DNA of 40,668 bases from a virus (lineage: Duplodnaviria; Caudoviricetes), in IMG/VR virus record IMGVR_UViG_3300028883_000081, positions 1 to 40,668 of that record. The stretch is one strand, 5' to 3'. The notes under the pieces were generated by a model. It searched no databases and was not told the DNA's origin. It was given only the letters and a program-made list of their open reading frames with translations. Positions 27,518 to 35,322 of this stretch are shown here, piece by piece. The position numbers and the translations under genes were made by a program. Position 1 is the first letter of the stretch; every line of letters starts with the position of its first letter.

Positions 27518-27544
27518 AAAGAAAACACCCCGGCAGCACCGGGG
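27518..27544 (-). terminator. intrinsic terminator after dnaN
   Basis: Minus strand CCCCGG-TGCTG-CCGGGG-TGTTTTCTTT. Confidence 0.65.
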
Positions 27545-27572
27545 CAATAGTTGAAGATGGATTTTGACCACC

Positions 27573-28682
27573 TTAGTTCAACCGTACCGGCATCACCAGG
27601 AAGAGCAGTTCCATCCCATCCGCTGCCACCGGGGCGAACGTCAGCGCCTGGGTGGGTTCCCCCATCCCGATCCGAACCGTCTCGTCCGGGATCATCCCCA
27701 GCACCGTTTTCACATACCCGGCATTCACACCCCAGCGCCCTTCCAGCTTACCCTCGTTGACCACCTTCAGCGCTTCACGGCCCCGGCCACCCACCTCCAC
27801 ATCCTCGGCCTGCAATTCCGCTTTGTGATCCGCAATATCCAGCATGATCGTGTGGCTGATCTTGTTCGCGAAGACCGAGACACGTTTCACCGCATCCCCC
27901 AGTGCCTTCACACCGGCGCTGATCGAGTGTTCGTGGGATGGGATGACAGATGCATAATTCGGGAAACGGCCCTCGATCAGCCTGCTCCCCATCACCACCC
28001 CACCCAGGTCCACCTCGAACCAGGTCTTGTCAAACTTCAGGGTCACCGTACCGTTTTCCGGCAGCCCTTTCACCAGCAATTTCGCCGTCTTTGCCGGCAC
28101 AATCACCGAACGCTCGCCGAACACCTTGCCCCCGTTCGTATGATAACGGGCCAGGGTGTGTCCATTGGTGGCCACCGCGGTCACCCCTCCCGCCGACACG
28201 TCGAAGAGGATCCCGGTCAGCGCCGGACGCAATTCATCCCCGGATACTGAAAACATCGTATAGGCCAGGGAGTCACGCAGCACATTCACCGGCAGTTCAA
28301 TCGTATCTGTTTCGTTGACCACATGCGCCGTGGAATACTCCGCACCCGCCACACAAGGGATCGTGTACTCCCCTTCCCCCGCCAGGATACGCATGTGATG
28401 CGATTCGTCGACGCTGCAGGTCAGCATCACCCCCTCGTCGATCGAACGCAACAACCCGGCCAGCTTGTCAACCGGAACTGCCAGCTGGCCACCCTTCTCC
28501 ACCTCGCACTCGATGTCGGTCTGCAAGCGGGTTTCCAGGTCGGTCGCCAGGAAACGGATCCCCGTCCCATGAATGTCAAACAGCACGTGCGACAAGATCG
28601 GCAGCACACTTTTACTGGGCACCGCCCCCTTCACCAATTCAATTGCATCCGCCAACACATCCACATCCACCTTGAATTCCAT
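27573..28682 (-). CDS. dnaN: DNA polymerase III beta subunit (sliding clamp)
   Basis: 369 aa; LPILSHVL, ATDLE, RPALTGI, VATNGHTLA, SRLIEGRFPNY, LVMPVRL motifs. Confidence 0.95.
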   Translation of the reverse strand: MEFKVDVDVLADAIELVKGAVPSKSVLPILSHVLFDIHGTGIRFLATDLETRLQTDIECEVEKGGQLAVPVDKLAGLLRSIDEGVMLTCSVDESHHMRILAGEGEYTIPCVAGAEYSTAHVVNETDTIELPVNVLRDSLAYTMFSVSGDELRPALTGILFDVSAGGVTAVATNGHTLARYHTNGGKVFGERSVIVPAKTAKLLVKGLPENGTVTLKFDKTWFEVDLGGVVMGSRLIEGRFPNYASVIPSHEHSISAGVKALGDAVKRVSVFANKISHTIMLDIADHKAELQAEDVEVGGRGREALKVVNEGKLEGRWGVNAGYVKTVLGMIPDETVRIGMGEPTQALTFAPVAADGMELLFLVMPVRLN

Positions 28683-28711
28683 CGTCCGTTCCTTTCGCTG
28701 TCATTCCCAGC

Positions 28712-28803
28712 GGGTGCCCCGACTTGCTCGTCAAGTCGGGTGTATTCATCCCGTGTAGGCCGGGGTTTCCAACCCCGGCGAGGATGGGCAACACCCATCG
28801 ACC
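28712..28803 (+). repeat. REP-like composite element, family A (overlaps the DUF5131 C-terminus)
   Basis: Same three hairpins; HP3 is GATGGG/CCCATC; encodes VDGCCPSSPGLETPAYTG*. Confidence 0.92.
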
Positions 28804-29939
28804 GCTTCACGTTTCTGTTCCGGGTATTCATCCCACGTTCGCCCATCCAGCACGCGCCCAGCCTTCCCCTTCCCAACAGGGTCCATCAGCCATGGGTTCC
28901 CATCGACTGAGGGCTGCCCCTCCCAATCTTCAGTCCGTTGTCCATTACGATGAAGGACAACCCCTCGATCTGTCCACGGCCCTTCCGCAAACAACTCTTG
29001 ATCGTGGTTGTCATCCACCCACGAGTCCTGATCGTGGTACAGCGGAAACGTCGGGTGCCACCGCCCCCACTGCTTGAAGAAAAACGCCACCCCCGCCGCC
29101 TGGCATTGATCACGCAACTGGCGGAACCAATCCGGATGCGAGGGACGCGCCTTCGGCCCCGATTCACCCCCCGCAATCACCCAATCCATCGAATTGCCAT
29201 GAAGGGTCCAAGTGTCGCACAGCCTGCCCGCCCCAAGGCTTCCAATCACATCTTCGAAGGTTTCCACCAGGTCCACAGGTCCGATCAGCGGCTCACACGA
29301 CAGGAACCGCACCGCCGCAGGCACCTTCAGCAGTAACGGAATCCGTTCATCCGCCGCCCGCTGGTTCTCCACCGTCACCCCCACCCAAACATTCGGCAGG
29401 GGCCACGGGACACGCTCGTCCACTTCACCCATCATCTGACCGAGTGAGATCTCTGACGTGTACTTCATAGCCTCCATAAAACACACCTGGGCAGCTCCAC
29501 CAGGACACCATCCGCCGTGATACTCAATCCGATCCTGTAGCCACTCGTAAAACTTCAAAGCCCGATCCACCCGCTTCGTCAGCACCTGGAACTGGTGCTG
29601 CGGGCAGGCAGCCATCACACCGAACACCGCCGCGATCTGCTCGAAGCTGAATGAGGTGTGAAACAGGTCCGACATGCTGCATACAAACACCCTGCGCGGC
29701 TTCATCCAGCGTAACGGTTCCCCCAGCGCATCCGGATGGAAGGCCGGTGCAAACCCGTCACGGTACCGCTTGATTCCCGCGGGGATGGGCTTCCCTTCAC
29801 CTTCCAGTTTCCGGTAGTTTCCCTGGATACGTTTCGCCATCGTGTCCGCATAGCACCAACGGCATCCTTCCGAGATCTTCTGGCACCCCGTCATCGGGTT
29901 CCATGTCGCATCCGTCCACTCTATTCCCGTACCCATCAT
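28746..29939 (-). CDS. phage Gp37/Gp68 (DUF5131) family protein
   Basis: IEWTDATWNPMTGCQKISEGCRWCYA, VFVCSMSDLFH, FLSCEPL, WVIAGGESG, FFFKQWG. Confidence 0.93.
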   Translation of the reverse strand: MMGTGIEWTDATWNPMTGCQKISEGCRWCYADTMAKRIQGNYRKLEGEGKPIPAGIKRYRDGFAPAFHPDALGEPLRWMKPRRVFVCSMSDLFHTSFSFEQIAAVFGVMAACPQHQFQVLTKRVDRALKFYEWLQDRIEYHGGWCPGGAAQVCFMEAMKYTSEISLGQMMGEVDERVPWPLPNVWVGVTVENQRAADERIPLLLKVPAAVRFLSCEPLIGPVDLVETFEDVIGSLGAGRLCDTWTLHGNSMDWVIAGGESGPKARPSHPDWFRQLRDQCQAAGVAFFFKQWGRWHPTFPLYHDQDSWVDDNHDQELFAEGPWTDRGVVLHRNGQRTEDWEGQPSVDGNPWLMDPVGKGKAGRVLDGRTWDEYPEQKREAVDGCCPSSPGLETPAYTG

Positions 29940-29951
29940 CCTGCCCCTTTC

Positions 29952-30042
29952 GGGTGCCCCGACTAGCTCGTCAAGTCGGGTTTATTCATCCAGTGTAGGC
30001 CGGGGTTTCCAACCCCGGCGAGGATGCCGTCAGGCATCGACC
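29952..30042 (+). repeat. REP-like composite element, family A (full copy)
   Basis: Near-identical to the 12820 copy. Confidence 0.92.
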
Positions 30043-30044
30043 TT

Positions 30045-30269
30045 CTAGTCATTCGCAGAACCACCCCCATCCACCCACCGAACATGAGGCGGAAACACCA
30101 CCACCGGCAGCTGCTCGCCATCCGGCCCGGTCATCATCACAAAGCGGCACTTCACACGAATCACTTCCCCTGGCAACGGCCCGTCCCCCGGCTTCCAGTC
30201 GTCTGCCGCTTCCCCGCCAACCGTCAGCACTAGTTCATTCTTCTTTTCAATCTTCAGCAGCCTGCCCAC
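30045..30269 (-). CDS. hypothetical protein
   Basis: 74-aa ORF overlapping the upstream gene; operon orientation. Confidence 0.55.
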   Translation of the reverse strand: MGRLLKIEKKNELVLTVGGEAADDWKPGDGPLPGEVIRVKCRFVMMTGPDGEQLPVVVFPPHVRWVDGGGSAND

Positions 30270-30499
30270 TCGGCCTCCGCTCGACGTTGACCTTCCGGGG
30301 ACAGTTCCAGTCCTTCCACACCGTTGTCGAAAATCACCGTTCCGACCATCACCTTGTCATACAAGCTCATCGCCAGCGGGTGCAGCAGGTCAAACTCCCA
30401 CGCACCCCCCAGACGCCACAGCCAGACCAGCAGAAACACCTCCCACTCATCCAGCACCGCCGCTTCAAAGAGCGGCATCGATTGCACCCTACACCCCAT
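30254..30499 (-). CDS. hypothetical protein
   Basis: Fills the gap after terL; start uncertain. Confidence 0.5.
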   Translation of the reverse strand: MGCRVQSMPLFEAAVLDEWEVFLLVWLWRLGGAWEFDLLHPLAMSLYDKVMVGTVIFDNGVEGLELSPEGQRRAEAEWAGC

Positions 30500-32378
30500 C
30501 ACTGAGCTTGCGTACACCCTTGCGACGCTTCGGTGCCTGTAGCACCATCGGCCCCGGTCCTTCCACCTTCGACAGATCGATTCCACGGATCTTCAGCGCG
30601 GCCGTCGCGTAGACCCTGCAGTCAAGCGCCTCGTTTCGGGTCGATGCCGAGGGCTTCGTAAACCGGAGACGCTCACGGCCACCGGTCATGTACTTTTCGA
30701 GGTGTTCTGCACGCAGCTGATTGAAGTAGTCCTGTTCGAAGGTTTGGTTTTCCTGCGGCTTCCCGTCCACCACCACCGCACGCGGCCAATGGCAGAACCC
30801 CGGACCCGGTTTGGTAAAGTTTAGGCGATGCTTCAAAGCCAGCTTGTATTCGTCCACTGCCACAATTCGAAGGACCACACCGGGGACGACTGGACGTTTT
30901 CCCCTTACCACAGGTGCAATCCCGAACCCTTCCTTCCCCTTGATCGCGAAGGCTTTCGGATGTTTCGACGTGAAGGCATACGTCCGCTTCGTATTGAAAG
31001 AGGAGTCGACCGCGGCTACCATGATCGGGATCTCGACCCCCGTCTCGTGCAGGTAGGTTCGGTTTAATGCTTCCGTCAGCAACCCCCACACCTCCATGCT
31101 TTCCGTGGATCCTGTCAGCACACGGTAATCGATCGCCCAGCTTTCCTCGCCCTTCCCCCATCCGACCACTTCCATTTCGATACGGTCTTCCTGGATGTCC
31201 ACACCGGCCGTCAGCACATGCACCATTTCAGGCACCGGCGCTGGGTAGACTTCCCTTCGTCTGTACAGGTCATCCGTCGAGATCATCGCCGTCAGGCTTT
31301 CACGCCACGGTTCCCCTAGTGTGGTCTGTATCCACGTTTTCAGTGCGGTTGGATCCCCGGATGCCTTGGCATCAAGAAACTCCTCCACCGCCTGTTTCCA
31401 GGAGTAGAAGCCCAGCGGGCTATACAAAGCCGAGATGTGGTAGGATGGGAAACGGCCTTCCGGGTTCGTAGGACGCCATTCCCCAGCGGCCAGCATCTTC
31501 GTCTTGTGGTGTTCGTCAATCGCCGCACCACATTCCTCGCAAACCATCACCGCCGTTTCCGGCTTCCCCTCTTCCCACTGGATGCCACGATGGCCGCTGG
31601 TCTCTTCCTGCCAGTGAATCACCTGGTAGTGGTCGCAGAAGGGACAGGGGATGTAGTAAAAACGCTGATCCCCCGAGAGGAAGTCACGGTTGATCCGGCT
31701 GGTTTCTTCTATCTTCGGGGTAGATAGTTCGTAGATCTTGTGATCCGGGAAGTTGCTGGTTCGTTTGATCGCCAGGTCAACCGGGTTGCCTTCTTGCGAC
31801 AGATCCAGCGTATAGCTGTCGACTTCATCCAATACCAGCTTCCCAACCGGCCTGGATCGCATCCCGCTGGCGGATCCCGCGTGACCGAAAAAGAGTATCC
31901 CGCCAGGGAAGTTCCTGCGTTTCGTTGTGCTACCAGCCTTACGGCCCCTGCCCAACCGAATCAGCTTGGATACCGCAGGCATCGCCGATAGGGACCCCTC
32001 GACACGTTGACTGATAAAATCCTGGACATCCTTGTCCGTTTTTTGCACGTACAGCATTGGACCGGGTGCGTGTGCAATCGTGTAGAAAATCCAATTCAAT
32101 CCCGTTTCCGTGAATCCCAGCTGGGTCCCTTTCATTACTACCACTCGATGGACAGGGCTGTCTTTCGACAGGAAATCCATGATTTCACGCAGGAAGGGGA
32201 AACGGCTTGTACGCCACCTTCCCGGTTCGGATGTCGATTCAGCGGGAACATGCCGGAACCTGTCCGCCCAGTCGCTTACGGTCAACGGCTTGGGGACACG
32301 CAGGTGCTTGGCCGCACGTCGACGGATATCCGACGCTCGGCCCAGGTCCTGCAGGATTTCCGGACTGATCCCGCTCAT
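30489..32378 (-). CDS. terminase large subunit (lambda gpA family)
   Basis: MKGTQLGFTE Walker A, LVLDEVD Walker B, STPKI, CPFC..CEEC, GVDIQ, RNEALDCRVYA. Confidence 0.97.
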   Translation of the reverse strand: MSGISPEILQDLGRASDIRRRAAKHLRVPKPLTVSDWADRFRHVPAESTSEPGRWRTSRFPFLREIMDFLSKDSPVHRVVVMKGTQLGFTETGLNWIFYTIAHAPGPMLYVQKTDKDVQDFISQRVEGSLSAMPAVSKLIRLGRGRKAGSTTKRRNFPGGILFFGHAGSASGMRSRPVGKLVLDEVDSYTLDLSQEGNPVDLAIKRTSNFPDHKIYELSTPKIEETSRINRDFLSGDQRFYYIPCPFCDHYQVIHWQEETSGHRGIQWEEGKPETAVMVCEECGAAIDEHHKTKMLAAGEWRPTNPEGRFPSYHISALYSPLGFYSWKQAVEEFLDAKASGDPTALKTWIQTTLGEPWRESLTAMISTDDLYRRREVYPAPVPEMVHVLTAGVDIQEDRIEMEVVGWGKGEESWAIDYRVLTGSTESMEVWGLLTEALNRTYLHETGVEIPIMVAAVDSSFNTKRTYAFTSKHPKAFAIKGKEGFGIAPVVRGKRPVVPGVVLRIVAVDEYKLALKHRLNFTKPGPGFCHWPRAVVVDGKPQENQTFEQDYFNQLRAEHLEKYMTGGRERLRFTKPSASTRNEALDCRVYATAALKIRGIDLSKVEGPGPMVLQAPKRRKGVRKLSDGV

Positions 32379-33049
32379 GCTTCATCCACCTCCAACTCGT
32401 CATCATCGCTTTCCAGTTGGACCGTCACCGATTCAAGGGATTCGCGAAGCGCATCTGTCAGCATGATTTTCACCGTATGCGGATCCGTTTCAGCCGCTAG
32501 TTCTGCCGATATCCTGGGCGGCACAGCCATCACAGCGGCACGAACCAGCGCATTCGAGTTTTCCATCACACGTTCCACATCCTCGACAGCGACCAATTCA
32601 CCGGCTTTTCTGCGACGGTCCATCTCTGCAGTCAGCGCCTTTTCACGTTCCCCGCGCTGACGCCAGGTGGCGATATCGCCCTTTTCTGTATCCCGGTTTT
32701 CTTCCTCTGCGCTGGGTGCCCCGGCTTGACTTGCAAGCCGGGTTTCTGCATCCGGTGAATCAGATTTCACCGCATCCCCTTCACCAGCGATCACCACTGC
32801 ACCCGTGACGGTATCAAACCCCACCCCCGGCTTCAGGGTGTACTGGCTGCTGGTTGCCAGGTAGGACCTCGCAGCAGATGGCCACCGTATCCGCCCCTTA
32901 TCATCCGTCCAGATGCGACCAGCCTTCACTGCCTTCGAGATGGCCTGTCGCGAGGGTGGATCCTCACGAACCAGTTCCCCAATCCGCCTCGCGAATTCTG
33001 CCCCGGACACCACCTCATCCACCTGACCCAGGTTCAGCACGTCAGTCAT
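32375..33049 (-). CDS. terminase small subunit (Nu1-like)
   Basis: N-terminal HTH (SGAEFARRI..SRQAISKAVKAGRI); AGELVAVEDV..VPPRISAELAAETDP C-terminus; coupled to terL. Confidence 0.85.
   Translation of the reverse strand: MTDVLNLGQVDEVVSGAEFARRIGELVREDPPSRQAISKAVKAGRIWTDDKGRIRWPSAARSYLATSSQYTLKPGVGFDTVTGAVVIAGEGDAVKSDSPDAETRLASQAGAPSAEEENRDTEKGDIATWRQRGEREKALTAEMDRRRKAGELVAVEDVERVMENSNALVRAAVMAVPPRISAELAAETDPHTVKIMLTDALRESLESVTVQLESDDDELEVDEA
32714..32753 (+). repeat. REP-like family A hairpin 1, in frame inside terS
   Basis: GGGTGCCCCGGCTTGACTTGCAAGCCGGGTTTCTGCATCC, translated as DAETRLASQAGAP. Confidence 0.85.
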
Positions 33050-33371
33050 ACTGAATCTCCTGCTGGGTGGCCCGAGCAGCCCCCTGCCCGGGTTTTATCC
33101 CATAGACACCACCTGCAGCCCGGAGCTTCCGCTCTTCGCGCTTGGCATTATGATCCGCCATTGCTTCCTGGATGAACGCTTGAATATCCGCCATGCAGCC
33201 AGCGCTGAAGACAATCCCATGCTCAGGGAAAAAGCAGTATTGACGCCACGGCCCGTACCAGGACACAGATCCGAGGATGTCCCCGTATTTTGTGTTATGG
33301 CAGATCCAGACCGTTGTAGATGGGTTCCGTGCCCCCACTTCGAAATGGATGTACTTGAAGCGTGTTTTCAT
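33042..33371 (-). CDS. hypothetical phage protein
   Basis: LGSVSWYGPWRQYCFFP...FSAGCMADI; C-terminal tail includes a degenerate family A hairpin (33065-33101). Confidence 0.7.
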   Translation of the reverse strand: MKTRFKYIHFEVGARNPSTTVWICHNTKYGDILGSVSWYGPWRQYCFFPEHGIVFSAGCMADIQAFIQEAMADHNAKREERKLRAAGGVYGIKPGQGAARATQQEIQYD

Positions 33372-33376
33372 CGCTG

Positions 33377-33808
33377 TTACCCCTCGCCGTTGTCAGCGTA
33401 GGCCGGATTCTCCGAATCCGGCGAGGTGCCGTCCAGCACGTTCCGCACCCCCACCGCCCCCTCGTACAGAATCACCGCTTGCAGCAGCGCTGTCACCTGG
33501 ATAAACAACACCTTCGCCCAATCCTCGATATCCCTTGATTTTACATGGGGCAGATCGAGAGTCTGTGTTATCAGCTCATACATAGACCGTGGCCAGTGGG
33601 CATGAATTCGAAGACTGCTCGGTGGTGCGTTGACCAGCGTCTCATGAATCAGCTGCACCGCACGATCCACCACATCAGGATCGACCGGGGCCAGGTCGCA
33701 ACGCTGTGCGATCGCGGCCACCACATCCGCCACCGAACGACCACCGCCAAACATCCACCCCCACCCCACCGCAAGCAGGTACTCTGCACAAGTCGTTTTA
33801 TAAGCCAT
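33377..33808 (-). CDS. hypothetical protein
   Basis: Operon-coupled ORF; C-terminus encoded by a GTAG hairpin. Confidence 0.6.
   Translation of the reverse strand: MAYKTTCAEYLLAVGWGWMFGGGRSVADVVAAIAQRCDLAPVDPDVVDRAVQLIHETLVNAPPSSLRIHAHWPRSMYELITQTLDLPHVKSRDIEDWAKVLFIQVTALLQAVILYEGAVGVRNVLDGTSPDSENPAYADNGEG
33398..33439 (+). repeat. REP-like family A GTAG hairpin variant, inside a CDS
   Basis: GTAG-GCCGGATTC-TCC-GAATCCGGC-GAGGTGCCGTC; several compensatory changes relative to GCCGGGGTT/AACCCCGGC. Confidence 0.85.
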
Positions 33809-34875
33809 TATTTCACTCCACCGATCAGCATCTTCGTGGTTCGTTTATCCGGATCCACCAGCAACCCAGCCTTGTACCGTTCCACAATCGACATCCCCGT
33901 CAAGTCATTGCGAGAAACCGAAGGTGACGAAGCAACCCCTTCGGGCAGGCCACCACCAACCTCCCCCCAGCAGTCGTCACACAAATCCTGACGTTCCTCG
34001 AATGGTCCCTTCCGGGCTGAATTCCATCCTGCAGGGCGAGGCACCTTCCGTTGCTTCACATCCCTCTTAGAGCGGTTGCATCGCCCACATCGTAATCCAG
34101 CGTTATCTGCGCTCGATTTCCGTGTATGTTTAGGAGTTCGACTTCCGGTCCCGGAGGGCTTATGACCAGTAACCGGCTTGGCCTCAATTCCGCCGTTATG
34201 CTTGCCTGGGGGATCGCCCTTGCTGGCTTGGCTACATGGCACGGTCTCCACTCGTTGTTTGCGCTCATCCCCTTTGTCCCGTCCCCTGGCAGAACATTCC
34301 GGCAGCGCATTCAATCCTTGAACGATTGGTTTACCAACCTCCTGTGAACACTGAGCCGGATCCCACCGCTCCGCAGCCGTCCCTGGCACGTAATAATGCC
34401 AACCCTGCCGACTTGTCGTTTTCCCCCACACCCGTGCTATTTGGCCGTCCTGCTGCATCCAGTAGATCAGTCCTGTAGGATCAACCCCCGACAATTCGCG
34501 TAGAGTAGAAGAGTCGATAGGGCTATCCTGTTCCCCGAGCACCGCCAGCAGTTTCGCACGGACCGTATACCCGCGTTTCCCCCGTGGCTTCCGAGGCTGT
34601 TTCGCCCGCCGCTGCTTTTCAGTCGCTGCTCGCCTCTTTTTCCGTGCCCCGGTCAGCTGAGCCTTGTTGACCTGGTAGACGGTTTCCTTCCGCAGCCAGA
34701 TGGCATCCTGCAGGGTGGACAACACCGAATCGAGACGGAGGATATCCGGAAACACCTCACATAGTTCCGCCTTCGGCACAGGTCGCTTCTTCCCGACCAG
34801 GTAACGCAACACCCGGTCCTCCCCAGACCCTTCCGCAAACCCCCACACCCGCTCAGCTTGCCCGCGCATCTTCAC
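33808..34875 (-). CDS. hypothetical basic protein (possible winged-HTH plus CxxC..CxxC)
   Basis: Arg/Lys-rich; CGRC...CDDC; contains an in-frame family B repeat at 33902-33939. Confidence 0.55.
   Translation of the reverse strand: MKMRGQAERVWGFAEGSGEDRVLRYLVGKKRPVPKAELCEVFPDILRLDSVLSTLQDAIWLRKETVYQVNKAQLTGARKKRRAATEKQRRAKQPRKPRGKRGYTVRAKLLAVLGEQDSPIDSSTLRELSGVDPTGLIYWMQQDGQIARVWGKTTSRQGWHYYVPGTAAERWDPAQCSQEVGKPIVQGLNALPECSARGRDKGDERKQRVETVPCSQASKGDPPGKHNGGIEAKPVTGHKPSGTGSRTPKHTRKSSADNAGLRCGRCNRSKRDVKQRKVPRPAGWNSARKGPFEERQDLCDDCWGEVGGGLPEGVASSPSVSRNDLTGMSIVERYKAGLLVDPDKRTTKMLIGGVK
33902..33939 (+). repeat. REP-like family B, inside a CDS
   Basis: AAGTCATTGCGAGAAACCGAAGGTGACGAAGCAACCCC, translated as GVASSPSVSRNDL. 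Confidence 0.88.
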
Positions 34876-34983
34876 CTCTAACTATTCAAGCCTTGCAAGA
34901 GCCTATACTGTTCACGTACTCTTGAGACCTTAAATGGCGACCACTACGTTCCTTATTGATCACCACATTGAAAGGAATTAGCC

Positions 34984-35313
34984 ATGCTTCGCCGACAAAT
35001 GTTTCGAAACCTTCTGGGGCAAACCTGCTCATGCACAAGTAGCCTAGAGGTCCACCACAAAAGCCGGTTTGGTGGAACGGGCTATGACAACACCCAAGTG
35101 CTCTGCAAATTCTGTCATACCCAAACAGACGACTATGGCGATTCCTCAATCGCTGCAGCCCCTGACTTCCCTCAAGACGTAATCGAGCAGGCGAAAACCA
35201 ATCGGCCTTACTGCGAGTGCACAAATCCGAGCTGCGATCACCAAACTGAGGCAAATCATTCGATTTGCGCTCCCTTTGGTCTTGGACGATTCTTTGGTAG
35301 GCAGCGGTCCTAA
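34984..35313 (+). CDS. HNH endonuclease-like protein
   Basis: CSC...LEVHH...GG...DNTQVLCKFCH motif; GAAAGGA RBS; opposite strand, lower GC. Confidence 0.75.
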   Translation: MLRRQMFRNLLGQTCSCTSSLEVHHKSRFGGTGYDNTQVLCKFCHTQTDDYGDSSIAAAPDFPQDVIEQAKTNRPYCECTNPSCDHQTEANHSICAPFGLGRFFGRQRS

Positions 35314-35322
35314 TAATTCCTC

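Noticed and set aside
7423-30042. Integron attC sites or IS ends for family A
   Set aside because: No RYYYAAC/GTTRRRY boundaries, terminal inverted repeats, evident target duplications, integron integrase or transposase
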